From: Hyaloraphidium curvatum SAG 235-1
Lineage: Eukaryota; Fungi; Monoblepharomycota
Direction: 5' to 3'
Length of the DNA stretch: 64,000 bases
NCBI GenBank assembly: GCA_025558095.1
Contig: JAIVFI010000005.1
Span: 372,001-436,000, forward strand
Shown here: positions 10,452 to 20,650 of the stretch, piece by piece
Numbering within the stretch: the stretch's first letter is position 1
Layout of the letters: each line of letters begins with the position of its first letter
Translations under genes and position numbers: made by a program
Notes under the pieces: model-generated
Database searches by the model: none
What the model saw: only the letters and a program-made list of their open reading frames with translations
Told to the model about the DNA's origin: nothing

Positions 10452-13400
10452 CTACCTCTTCCCGCCCGTGCCGCTGCCCTTGGGTCCGGGGGTGTGCCAC
10501 GTCCCGGGCCCGCTCCGCGCGCCGCTGCTCGTCCCGGACCGCGAGGACGAGGAGGAGCCGCCGCCGGAGTACGACCCCCCGTACGCCGTCGACCGCTTGC
10601 CCTGCGTGCGCCTGCCCGCCCCCGCGAACAAGTTCTCGAAGAAGTCATCCTCGTCGTAGTCGTACTCGTGGTCCGTCGGCGGTTGGTATCGTCGTCCCGC
10701 CGAGTAGGGCCGCCTCGCGTAGGCCGAGTAGGCCGACGCGCCGAAACCGCCCATGCCGCCCAATCCGCCCGTGCCAAAGTCGTCCTCCCGCTCCTCCGTC
10801 CGCAGCTTGTAGTCGTAGTCGGACCGCTTCGACGGCGAGCTCAGGGTCTCGTAGGCCTCCTGCAGGTGCTTGAACTTGGTCTCGGCCTGCGGCCGCAGCT
10901 CCGCGGGCTGCTTGTCCGGGTGCACCTGCAGCGCCATCTGCCTGTACGCCTTCTTGATCTGGTCCTGCGTCGCATCCCGGGCCACGCCGAGCACGCTGTA
11001 GTAGGTCGTCTTGCTCGCGCGCGCGAGCAGCCTCTTGGCGCGGCTCAGCCCCTGGGCAAACTCGGGCTTGCGCGGGTCCACGTCCAACGCGCGCTGCCAC
11101 GCATCCACCGACTCCTGCGTGCTCCCGTCCTTCTCGTACGCCTCGGCCAGCAGCGCGTACGTGCGCGCAAAGAGGTCCCTGTACGGCGTCCGCGCCATCT
11201 CCCCCGCCGTGATTGCAGAGCGGTCCCGCGACCCGGGGAACGCGACGGCGAGCAGCATCGCCAGCGCCCCCTTGCGCTGCGCGATCGACTCGGCCGTTTT
11301 CCCCATCTTGAGCAGCGCGCTCGCGAGGTTGCCCGCCAGCTTGACCCGCACGATGCCGCCCCTCCACACCCTGCGCGGGTCCGCCGCGTCGCCGTCGTCG
11401 GGCGCCTCCTCCTTCCACCCCAGGCCGATCGAGTCCAGCGTCGCCAGCGCCGCCTCCCACATGCCCTTGGCGGCCGCCACCGACGCCGCGTCGCCCTTGG
11501 CGTACTTTGCCTTGGCCGCGGTGTTGTTGCGCTCGACGCTGCGCACCACGTCGCGGAGGAAGGAGCGCGAGGCCGCGTGCTCCGGGTCGAACTGGAGCGC
11601 GCGGGCCAGGTCCGCCTCGACGGCCGAGAGCGAGCCGCCGTCGGGGTCGCGCACGTAGTAGGCCACGGCCTTGAGGTACAGGATGCCGGCCGAGGTCGGG
11701 TCCACCTGCAGCGCGGCGGTAAAGGCGGCCTCGGCTTCGGCGAAGCGGCACGAGGCGACGTAGAGCGCCGCGCGGCGGACGATCCAGTCGAAGGGCACCA
11801 CGTGGCCCAGGTTCTGCGACGGCGGGATGCGCCCCGCGGGGAGGAAGTGGTTGATCCTGCGCATTGCGGCCTCGATGAGGTCCAGAGCGGCGGGGTACCG
11901 GCCCTGCAGCAGCTCGCGGTCGTGCGCGCGCAGGTCGGCCTGGATGGAGAGGAGGGTGCGGAGCTGCTCGTCCAGCTTGTTGGCGCGGCGCGGGTCGGCG
12001 GCGGCCGAGGCGCCGGGATGCTTGGCGCGGTCCACGGTGCGCCGGAGCGCGGACACGGCGTCGTCGACCTTGCCGAGGGCGGTGAAGGCCTGCGCTGCTC
12101 GCTGGGCGGCGTCGTACGCGTGGCCCAGCAGCTTCTGGTCCAGGATGGGCAGCGCAAGGAGGTGCTCCAGCGCATCCGCAGCGTCCCGCAGGCCGGCGCC
12201 CCACTTGTGCTGCGCCAGGTAGGCCGCTGACCGGTCGAGGAGGCACAGCTGCAGGTCGTCGAGGAACGGCGAGGCTGACAACGAACGGGGAACGTCAGCA
12301 ACCTTTGCACATGCGCAGCGGAAGCGGCAGGACGACCCACCGAGCGCCTCGGTGTACTTTTCCGCCGCCTCGGCGTACCGCTTCGCCCTCATTAACGCGT
12401 CCCCGTCCTTGCGCATCACCGCCGCCCGCATCCTCTCCTGCTCCTTGGGCGACACCTTGGGCGGCTCGGGCCTGCGTTCCTCGGCCGCGCGCGGCGGGGG
12501 CGCGACGGGGGTGCGGAACTCGTCCATGTTGGGCGGCGGCTGCGGCTTAGGAGGGGTAGGGGCGATCGAGGGTTTCGGGGGGGTCGGGGCCGGCACAGCC
12601 GAGGGTCTGTCCGGGGACAGAGGCCCCGGGGATGCGGGCGACGGCTCGCCAAAGAAGGATCCCCAGGGGAACACCGTCTTCTGGAACTTTGGCGGCTCGT
12701 TTTGCGCAGCTGCGCTCGGCGAGGGCACCTCGAAGGTGAACGCGGACGATGCGGGGACCGCGGGCGCCTCGGCCGCTGGCCCCGATGCGCGCTCGGGCTC
12801 CTTGGCCGGCTGCGGTGCGGGGCCGATCGGGCTGGCGGCAGCCATCTCGACGTCTTCGTCCGGGCCCGACTTGGCCTGCGATGGTGAGCGGCCGAGGGCG
12901 GATTCCAGCTTGGAGGGACGGCCAAAGACGGGGCTGCCGGCGCCGGGAGCGCCGCCAAAGGCGGGTTTGAAGTTGGGAGGCGGGGTGAAGACAAAGTTGA
13001 TGTCGTCTTTGGCTTTTGCGCGCGCGGCGGGCGTCGCGTCCGCGGTGTAGACACTGCCTGGCGGGCGGGAGAAAGTGGTGGTGGGGAATCCAAGACCGGG
13101 GGTTCCAAAGGCGGGCTGCGGGGAAGTGCGTGGGAAGGCGGCCGCGGGCGGCACCGGGGCGGGCGCAGCGTTGTTTTTGCCGGGAGCGGAAGCAGCTTCC
13201 GGTGCATGCGATGCTCCGGCCTGGGCCTCGGCTTTGGCCGGGGCGGACGCCGATGCGCCCGCGGTCCGTGTCCGCTCGCCTTCGGCTGGAGGGGCGGAGC
13301 CCTCCCCGGAAAGGTCCGGCCTCGCCCAGTCCCGCGGCACAAAATCGGCGCCCAGGAAAGGCGGTGACGGCACGGTGGTCCGCGCCATCTTCGGCTGCCG

Positions 13401-14318
13401 AAAGTCGGATTTGCTGCTCCGCTCCGTCGCCGCGGGCGTGCGTAACGGGGCCGCCTGCGCGGGAGGGGCCTCGGACGGCGACGCGGAGCGCGTCGCGCCG
13501 CCCGAGCTACCCGGAGCGTCGAAATTCAAGCCGTCTTCCGCGTCCACGTAGGGCGGGCTGGCGGGGAACGAGCCCGGCAGCGGCGGCGGGCTGACCGAGG
13601 GCCGCACGGAGCCCGCCGCCCCGTCCGCAGCGTCCACGACGATAGTCGAGGCGCGGCTCGGGGTCGCAGGCACTTCGGGCGGCTCGCGGCGGCGGTCCGG
13701 CGGGTCGGGCGGCGGGTCCGGGGGAGCCGGCGAGGGCACGGCGGGGATGGTCGGCACGAAGTTGAAGTCGCCCTTCTGCGCGGCCCTGCGCGGGCGCCCC
13801 CCCGCCGACGCCGGGCGCGGCTTTGCGTCCCTTGCGTCCGCGGGCTTTGCCGGCCGCGCGTCCTCCATCGGCACGTCCGCCGGGGCGGGGGCGGTGTGCG
13901 GCTCGGCGGGCTGCGGCGGCGGGGCGTCCTGCCGCACCCTTGCCCGCCTGTTTGGCCGCTGGCGGATGTCGCCGAAGAAGCCCGGGTTGAACGCCGGCTT
14001 GGCGGGCGGCGGGACGGTGCCGTGCCCGCCGCCCCCGGGTCCCGCCTCGGGCCCCCCGGCGCCCCGCTCGCCCCCCGCGGCCGCGCCCGCCGCCTTCGTC
14101 TCGGCGTAGCGCGGCAGCCGCTCGCTCTCGGCGCCGCCCGTTTGCCCCTCCGCCGCGTCGCCCGCGAAGCCAAAGTCGGCAAACGCAAAGTCGTGCGGCC
14201 GCCCCGCGCCGAACCCGAACGACCCCGGCCCTCCGCGGGGACGCGACGGCCGCGCGGGCTGCGCGATCGGCCGGCGGCCCGCCCCGGCGGAGGGCCCGGG
14301 TGGGGCCGGCACGGACAT
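10452..14318 (-). CDS. TPR-repeat J-domain co-chaperone (DNAJC7-like) with long Pro/Ala-rich N-terminus
   Basis: TPR helices (GDALMRAKRYAEAAEKYTEAL); J domain YYSVLGV...KKAYRQMALQVHPDK...FKHLQEAYETLS; one small intron about 12275-12340. Confidence 0.9.
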   Translation of the reverse strand: MSVPAPPGPSAGAGRRPIAQPARPSRPRGGPGSFGFGAGRPHDFAFADFGFAGDAAEGQTGGAESERLPRYAETKAAGAAAGGERGAGGPEAGPGGGGHGTVPPPAKPAFNPGFFGDIRQRPNRRARVRQDAPPPQPAEPHTAPAPADVPMEDARPAKPADARDAKPRPASAGGRPRRAAQKGDFNFVPTIPAVPSPAPPDPPPDPPDRRREPPEVPATPSRASTIVVDAADGAAGSVRPSVSPPPLPGSFPASPPYVDAEDGLNFDAPGSSGGATRSASPSEAPPAQAAPLRTPAATERSSKSDFRQPKMARTTVPSPPFLGADFVPRDWARPDLSGEGSAPPAEGERTRTAGASASAPAKAEAQAGASHAPEAASAPGKNNAAPAPVPPAAAFPRTSPQPAFGTPGLGFPTTTFSRPPGSVYTADATPAARAKAKDDINFVFTPPPNFKPAFGGAPGAGSPVFGRPSKLESALGRSPSQAKSGPDEDVEMAAASPIGPAPQPAKEPERASGPAAEAPAVPASSAFTFEVPSPSAAAQNEPPKFQKTVFPWGSFFGEPSPASPGPLSPDRPSAVPAPTPPKPSIAPTPPKPQPPPNMDEFRTPVAPPPRAAEERRPEPPKVSPKEQERMRAAVMRKDGDALMRAKRYAEAAEKYTEALGGSSCRFRCACAKVADVPRSLSASPFLDDLQLCLLDRSAAYLAQHKWGAGLRDAADALEHLLALPILDQKLLGHAYDAAQRAAQAFTALGKVDDAVSALRRTVDRAKHPGASAAADPRRANKLDEQLRTLLSIQADLRAHDRELLQGRYPAALDLIEAAMRRINHFLPAGRIPPSQNLGHVVPFDWIVRRAALYVASCRFAEAEAAFTAALQVDPTSAGILYLKAVAYYVRDPDGGSLSAVEADLARALQFDPEHAASRSFLRDVVRSVERNNTAAKAKYAKGDAASVAAAKGMWEAALATLDSIGLGWKEEAPDDGDAADPRRVWRGGIVRVKLAGNLASALLKMGKTAESIAQRKGALAMLLAVAFPGSRDRSAITAGEMARTPYRDLFARTYALLAEAYEKDGSTQESVDAWQRALDVDPRKPEFAQGLSRAKRLLARASKTTYYSVLGVARDATQDQIKKAYRQMALQVHPDKQPAELRPQAETKFKHLQEAYETLSSPSKRSDYDYKLRTEEREDDFGTGGLGGMGGFGASAYSAYARRPYSAGRRYQPPTDHEYDYDEDDFFENLFAGAGRRTQGKRSTAYGGSYSGGGSSSSSRSGTSSGARSGPGTWHTPGPKGSGTGGKR

Positions 14319-14484
14319 CTTTGGAGTGGGCTTGAAGTCCCGCGCAAGCCCGGCCGCCCGACTCGAACACCCGCACGCCTCTCACGATCGGCACGGCAAC
14401 GACGATCGGCACGGCAAAGAACATGCATTGACACCGAAAAAGAGCTACACCCCATACAAAGATCTCCGGCGCGCGCGCGCCCGT

Positions 14485-16802
14485 CTAGATGCACTCGGCC
14501 TTGATCTCGGGCTCGTGCGAGTCCCCCGAGGGGCACGTCGCGAACGCCGCCTGCACGCGCTTGACGCGCTCGGCGTTCTTGGCGCTCGGGTCGTCGGCCA
14601 TGGCCTGGATGTCGTTGAGCGCGTCCGCGAGCTGCTCGGCGTGCACTTCCTGCGAACGGGCATGCATGCGTCGGCGTCCGTACATGGTCGGCACACAACG
14701 TGAAGGCACCCACCACCGTGGCCTTGTTGGCCATCATCTCGACCAGCAGCGCCTCCTCCTCCTGCGTGAGCCGGCTCCGCCCCATGGCCTTGGCCATCGC
14801 CGCGATGCGCTTGCGCATCATGTGCGAAAACTCCTCGTCCGACAGCGTCACCACGTTGGTGTTCTGGTACTTGTCCCGCAGCGCCTCGAGCTTGCCGCGC
14901 AGCAGCGTGCAGGGCACCTTGCTCATGTCGAGGTTGCGCAGGATGCGGATGGCCGAGTCGGGCAGGCGCAGCTCGGGGGGCTTGAACTTGGCCACGAGCG
15001 GGATCACGTCCCGGTACGAGGTCTTGGTCGGCGCCACCATGTGCTGCCAGTCCATCGGCTCCGGCTGCTGCTGCTGCGGCGGCGGCGCCGGCGCGGGCTG
15101 CAGGCCGATGGCCCCGTTGAAGAGCGGCAGGTCGTTGGCGGGGATGCCGATGCCGATGGGGCCGAGGATGTCCTGCCACTGCTGCGGCGGCGGGGGCGCG
15201 GCCGCGGGCGGGTTGGCGAGGAGGGTCTCGAAGTCGTCGGCAAAGTTGTAGTCGGCGGGGAGGTACTGCTGCAGCGTGCCGTAGTCGTCCGTGGCCTGGG
15301 GCAGGATGACGGACATGAGGTCGACGACCTGGGGGTCGAACGAGCCCCAGTCGGGGAACGTCTGCAGGGTGCCCGACGGCGACGGCATGGAGAAGGAGCT
15401 CGATGCGGCCGTGGCCGCCGAGTCGGCGCGCGAGGGCTGGCGCGGCTGCGCGGTGGCGGGCGGCGTGGTCTTGGTGATCTCGCTGAGCAGCCGGTCGAGG
15501 TCCGCGCCGGCCTGGTCGTTGGCCGGCGGGCTGCCGAAGCCGGTCGACGGCGGCGAGGGCATGAAGAGGCCGGGTAGCTGCATGGGCTGGTTCAGCGCGC
15601 CGGCGGGGCTCCTGGCCCCGCCGACGGCCTGCGCCGCCTCGGCCTGCTGCCGCAGCAGCTCGACGAGGAGCTCCTCCGCCGACTTGGGGTCCATGTCCTT
15701 GAGCACGTTGGCGAGCTCCAGGGTCGCGCCGAGGCCGAACCCGGGCACGCCCTGCAGCCGCGGCGGGCTGGGCTCGTCGTGCGCGGAATCAGACGTCCCG
15801 GCCGGGCTGCCGACGCCGTAGCCGGACGAGTAGCCCGTGTCGTCGCCGGGAGGGGGCGACCGCTTGCTTGTGGTGGCCGTGAGCGGTGGCGACGCCACGG
15901 CGGCGATCCGGCCGGCCGATGCGGCGAAGATGTCGTTGCCCCGCGCGGCCGGCGGCGGCGGCGCCGTCTTGGTGGTGGTACCGGGCATGCCTGGTATGCG
16001 GGACGAAGGCGTTAGAGGTGCGATGCAGGGCTCCGGGATATCTACCGACCCATGGAGGGAGGGACGAAGGTGAATGCGGTCTCGCGCAGCTGGAGGTTCT
16101 CCTGCTGCAGCGATTGGATCTGCGGCGCAGGAAGCGCAGTTAGAACATGAGGAACGTGCAACGCGAGCGGTTGGGGCCCACCATCGCCTTGAGCTTCTCG
16201 TTCTCCTCGTACAGCGACCCGATGGATCCGTCCTGGCTCTCGTACAGCTTGACCTTTTCCTCGAGGTCGCGGAGGTGCTTCTCCTTGCGCTCCCTCCACG
16301 CCTGATGCGCGGGGCAGCGTGCGATGAGCGGGGTGATTGAACCGGGCGGCGAAAGCCGACGCACCTTCTGGGCGGCCCTGTTCTGCTCGCGCCTGCGCTT
16401 CTCGCTCTGCGGCGGCGGCCTGCCGTTGCGGCCCTTCTTGGGCTGCTCCTCCTCGTCCTCCTCGCCGGGGCTCTCGGGGGCCGGCTGCGCGGCCGGACGC
16501 CCCGGCTTGCGGCCGGGCTTCTTGCGGCCCGCATCGGCCAGCGGCTCCGCGGGCAGCGAGTGCGGCGTCGACTCGAGGCCGAAGCGCGACGACTTTGCGC
16601 CGTGCAGGTCGGCTGCGAACGGCAGGCCGAACACGTCCGTGGGGTCGATGGTGGACGGGCCGGGGCCGAGCGACTTGCGCTTGTTGGGCGCGGGCACCGG
16701 CGCGGCGCCCGCCCGCCGCGCCGCCAGCGCGTCGACGGCGCTCTGCTTCTCGGTCATCATGCGCAGCAGGTCGGCCAGCGGCATCGGCTCGGCGGTCGCC
16801 AT
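14485..16802 (-). CDS. bZIP transcription factor, Yap1/AP-1-like
   Basis: KKPGRKP, then KRRREQNRAAQK/AWRERKEKHLRDLEEKV...ENEKLK leucine zipper; several short introns. Confidence 0.85.
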
Positions 16803-17098
16803 CGCGTGCACCCCACCGCCCTGCGGATAGCTGTGCCTCTGCAGCGGCGAATCCCGGGTGGCCCCGATGCGCCCCGCTCGCCCGCGGTCGGTTCCTGCTC
16901 GCTACGGCGCCTCGAAAGGCACTGCTCCGGTGGCCGGAGGACGCGCAGGGCAGGCAATGGGGGCCGTCGACGGGGCCGGAGTGCTCTCCAAACCTGCTCA
17001 GCCAGTCGATCAGGCGCCGCCTCGGAGCGGCCAGGGCTTGCGTCTGCGCTTTTCTCCTCCGTTCCCTCCCTCCTAGCCGATAGGCTCCGACTTGGAGT

Positions 17099-17150
17099 AA
17101 ACTTCTGCTCATCAAGCTCCGGGCAAACTTCTACTCATCAAGCTCCGGGT
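17099..17150. repeat. Tandem 26-bp direct repeat (2 copies)
   Basis: aaacttctgctcatcaagctccgggc / aaacttctactcatcaagctccgggt. Confidence 0.85.
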
Positions 17151-17173
17151 ACTTCCGGTAAATCCCCGTGGCG

Positions 17174-18026
17174 TTAAACGCCTGGTGCCGTTCCGAGGAA
17201 AAGTACGCCTTCAGATTCGGCCTCGCCGTCACCCGCTCCGCCAGCTTCCTCAATCCGGGCAATCCGTCGAGCACGCGCTTCGCCGCCTTCGGGAAGGCGA
17301 ACTCCGTTCCTTGGATCGCCTGTACAAGTGAGAGGTCGGCGTCTGGGAGACCACGTCAGCGCAGGCAGCCAAGAGGCGATCGCGGACGCACAGGTGCAGT
17401 GGTCCCCCACGAGCCAGTCCCGGTCGCCGAGCACTTCCGCAAAGTAGTTCATGTAGCGGGGCAGGCGGTTCTCCCGGAACTCCTTCGCGCGTTTCAGGGA
17501 TTCCTCCTTCTGATCCTCGTAGTAGAGCGAAATGGCGATCGGGTGGTGCGTGTCGTGCACTTCCACAACGTAGTCGGCGCTGCCGGGCCGTCCGTCAGCT
17601 CGCACCGACAGCACCGCGACGAAAGCCCCACATTGAGAGCTGCAGGGCGTTGACCGCGTATCTCGCCGCAGGATCCTTGGGCGCCAGCACGCCCGGGTGC
17701 TTGTCGCCCAGGTACAGCAGGATGTTGGCCACGTGCGAGATCAGCTGCCCGTCGATCTCCAGGAAGGGAGGGGAGAGCGGCTTGACCGACTGCGGCGAGT
17801 GGGCCGGCACGGGCTGCGAGTTCTCGAAGAGCATCTTCATGAGCGTGCCGCCGGTGGCCTTTTCCAGGCCCTTGTCGATGTAGGGTATTCCGGCGTCCTC
17901 CAGGGCCCAGCTGGGGCGCGGGCGTGAGCGGGAGGCATTCCGGACCGCGCGACGCGTCTCGCACCGAATGGGTTCGCCACGGCCCGGCAGACCCGGCCAG
18001 TACCAGAGGACGGCTTTGGACGCCAT
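17174..18026 (-). CDS. Glutathione S-transferase
   Basis: LWYWPGLPGRGEPIR/WALEDAG, PPFLEIDGQLISHVANILLYLG, EVHDTHHPI, RLPRYMNYF, RPNLKAYFSS. Confidence 0.9.
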
Positions 18027-18279
18027 TCTGATGGGTGTCGGAAGCTCGGACCAGGGGGAACGCGTGCAAGGCGCCGCCGGAGTTTGGTGGCGAATCGGGT
18101 GTCGGGTCTGAATCCGCCTCGCGCATCCGTCGCTTGAGGACCGCAACCACCGGGCGCAAGACCATCGCGGCATCCGTTGCCCGATGCGAGTCATCCGACG
18201 CTCTATATGGTATCTCGGGGTGTGGCCCACCCGCCCAGCGCTTCGGCAAACTCCGCCCTCGAGCGAGAGATGCTCCCCG

Positions 18280-18636
18280 TCAGTACAACCTCCCGCCGTC
18301 CGGCACCCGATCCGTCGGCCGGAGCAGCACCACGGCCCCGTTCTCGTCCGGCACCCCGAGGACCAGGACCTCAGACATCCACTTGCCAATCTGCCGCGGG
18401 GCAAAGTTGCAGACTGCCATGACCTGCTTCCCCACCAGCTCCTCTGGCGAATAGCGTTCCGTGATCTGTGCGGAGGACTTTTTCACGCCCAACGCCGGTC
18501 CGAAATCGATCCGGAGCTTGAAAGCGGGCTTCCGTGCCTCCGGGAACGGCAACGCTTCCACCACGGTGCCGATGCGGATGTCCAGGCGTTCAAAGTCCTC
18601 GAAGGAAACGACGGGTCTCGGCGGCGCGTCCGACAT
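18280..18636 (-). CDS. csaA: Stand-alone tRNA-binding / export chaperone CsaA, bacterial type, intronless
   Basis: FEDFERLDIRIGTV...FPEARKPAFKLRIDFG..LGVKKSSAQIT..Y..EELVGKQV.AVCNFAPRQIG..MSEVLVLG.PD..G.VVLL.P...VP.GGRLY. Confidence 0.92.
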   Translation of the reverse strand: MSDAPPRPVVSFEDFERLDIRIGTVVEALPFPEARKPAFKLRIDFGPALGVKKSSAQITERYSPEELVGKQVMAVCNFAPRQIGKWMSEVLVLGVPDENGAVVLLRPTDRVPDGGRLY

Positions 18637-18766
18637 GGCGATGCAATGCGGCGCGACCACTAGACCAAAACGACGCCGCGAGGAAGAGGGGGAGCAGTCC
18701 GGGAGTAGTCAACACAGCATCTTTCACCCGATCCGACTCCTCCTCTCCCCTAAACCAGTCCATATA

Positions 18767-20332
18767 ATGGCCTCGCCGCCCAGCGATGCGGCGCGGCCGT
18801 TCACCGTCGCGGTCGTCGGCGGCGGGCCTGTCGGCGCGCTTGCTGCGGTGTACATGGCGCGGCGCGGGTGGCGCGTCGACGTCTACGAGGGCCGCAAGGA
18901 CCCGCGCACCGACGCCGAGCAGGCCGGCCGCTCGATCAACCTCGCGCTGTCGACGCGCGGCATCGAGGCCATGCGGCGGGCGGGCGTCGTCGACGAGGTG
19001 CTCTCCTGGGTGGTGCCCATGAAGGGCCGCATGATCCACGCCCCGGACGGCTCGGCAGTGAGCCAGCCATACGCCGTGACGGGCGAGTGCATCAACTCGG
19101 TCGGCAGGAAGCGGCTCAACGAGCACCTGCTGACGTGCGCCGAGGCGCTGTCCGGCCTGAAGCTGCACTTTGAGCACACCCTGGCCGACCTGGACCTGGA
19201 GACAAACAGGATGCACTTCAAAACCCCCGGCGGCGACGTCAACGCCACCGCGGACCTCGTGATCGGCGCCGACGGCGCTTTCTCGCGCGTGCGCCGCGTG
19301 CTGATGCGCAAGACGCACATGAAGTTCTCGCAGGAGTACATTGACCACGGCTACGTCGAGCTCTCGATGCCGCCGGCCGCCGACGGCGGCTTCCGCCTGG
19401 ACCCGAACCATCTGCACATCTGGCCCAAGCACACGTTTATGATGATCGCGCTGCCGAACCCCGTGGGTGCCGTTGGCGGCGGCCCGGCGCCCCCCGCTCG
19501 CGCTCACTCTCTTTCCAGGACCACACCTTCACCTGCACGCTCTTCATGCCCTGGTCGCAGTTCAACCAGATCCACACGCCCAAGGACCTGACCGACTTTT
19601 TCGACGCCAACTTCCCCGACGCCGTGCCCAACATGCCCACGCTCGTCGAGGACTACTTCCGCAACCCCAAGGGCGCGCTGGTCATGGCCAAGTGCACCCC
19701 CTTCCACTACCGCGACCGCTGCCTGGTCCTTGGCGACGCCGCGCACGCCATGGTGCCCTTCTACGGGCAGGGCATGAACTGCGGCATGGAGGACGTGGAC
19801 GTGCTGGACTCGATCCTGGACTTTATCCTGCCCCCTGGGATGCCCAAAGGCGCCAGACCCGACCACGGGGCCATGGAGGCCGCGTTCGAGCAGTACACGC
19901 GGACGCGGTACCCGGACGTGACGACCATGATGGACCTCGCGCTGTACAACTACCACGAGATGCGGCACGACGTGACCGACTGGCGGTACCTGCTGAGGAA
20001 AAAGGTGGGTCCGGGCAGGCGACCCTTCGTTCGGTTCGCAGTTGCTGACGCCCCCCAACCCACAGATCGAGAACGCGCTGCACCTCCTCTTCCCCACGCG
20101 CATCATCCCCCTCTACACCATGGTCTCCTTTTCCCAGATCCCCTACTCGGAGGTCATGCGCCGCTGGCAGCGGCAGACGCTCCTCCTCGAGGCCGGCGCG
20201 GCGGCGGCGGCCGGCATCGCGGCGCTCGGGGTCGCCTACGCGGGGTTCAAGGTCGCCGGCGTGCGGCGGCTGGGGATCGCGGCGGACATGGTGAAGGGAC
20301 AGAAGGTGTGGTGGTGGCCGTGGAGCGCATAG
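18767..20332 (+). CDS. BNA4: Kynurenine 3-monooxygenase
   Basis: GGGPVG, GRSINLALSTRG, VPMKGRMIH, GADGAFS, LHIWP, GDAAHAMVPFYGQGMNCGMED, PLYTMVSFS. Confidence 0.96.
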
Positions 20333-20416
20333 ACGGGCGGGGATGGTGCATGGTGTCATTGCGTGCGTATTGTGCGCCCCGTTCAGTTACATAGAGACCG
20401 TACGGAGTCTGGTTCA

Positions 20417-20459
20417 CTGATTCCAGGTCGCGCGGCGAATGGTCTCTGATTCCAGGTCG
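20417..20459. repeat. Short direct repeat ctgattccaggtcg (2 copies) in the convergent 3' intergenic region
   Basis: Seen directly, starting at about 20417 and 20446. Confidence 0.6.
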
Positions 20460-20650
20460 TTTGGCTGCTGGTATCGCCCCCCCCCCGCCGCTACCTGCCA
20501 TGTAGCTTTGCCGCGGAGCGGCCCGCGAGGAGGTATTGCTCGTGTATCGTGTCCATCTATGGTATCGTGGATTTGGTGAATCAAAGTTTGAAAGTGTGGG
20601 GAAGGGGAAGCACGAGGTATAGCATGGTCGATCCATCCCCGCGAGGTCGA

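Noticed and set aside
10494-16534. Very long overlapping ORFs (578, 533, 431 and 1002 aa)
   Set aside because: They are antisense or alternative-frame shadows in extremely GC-rich coding DNA. The 1002-aa ORF is a bZIP exon read through introns into an off-frame region.
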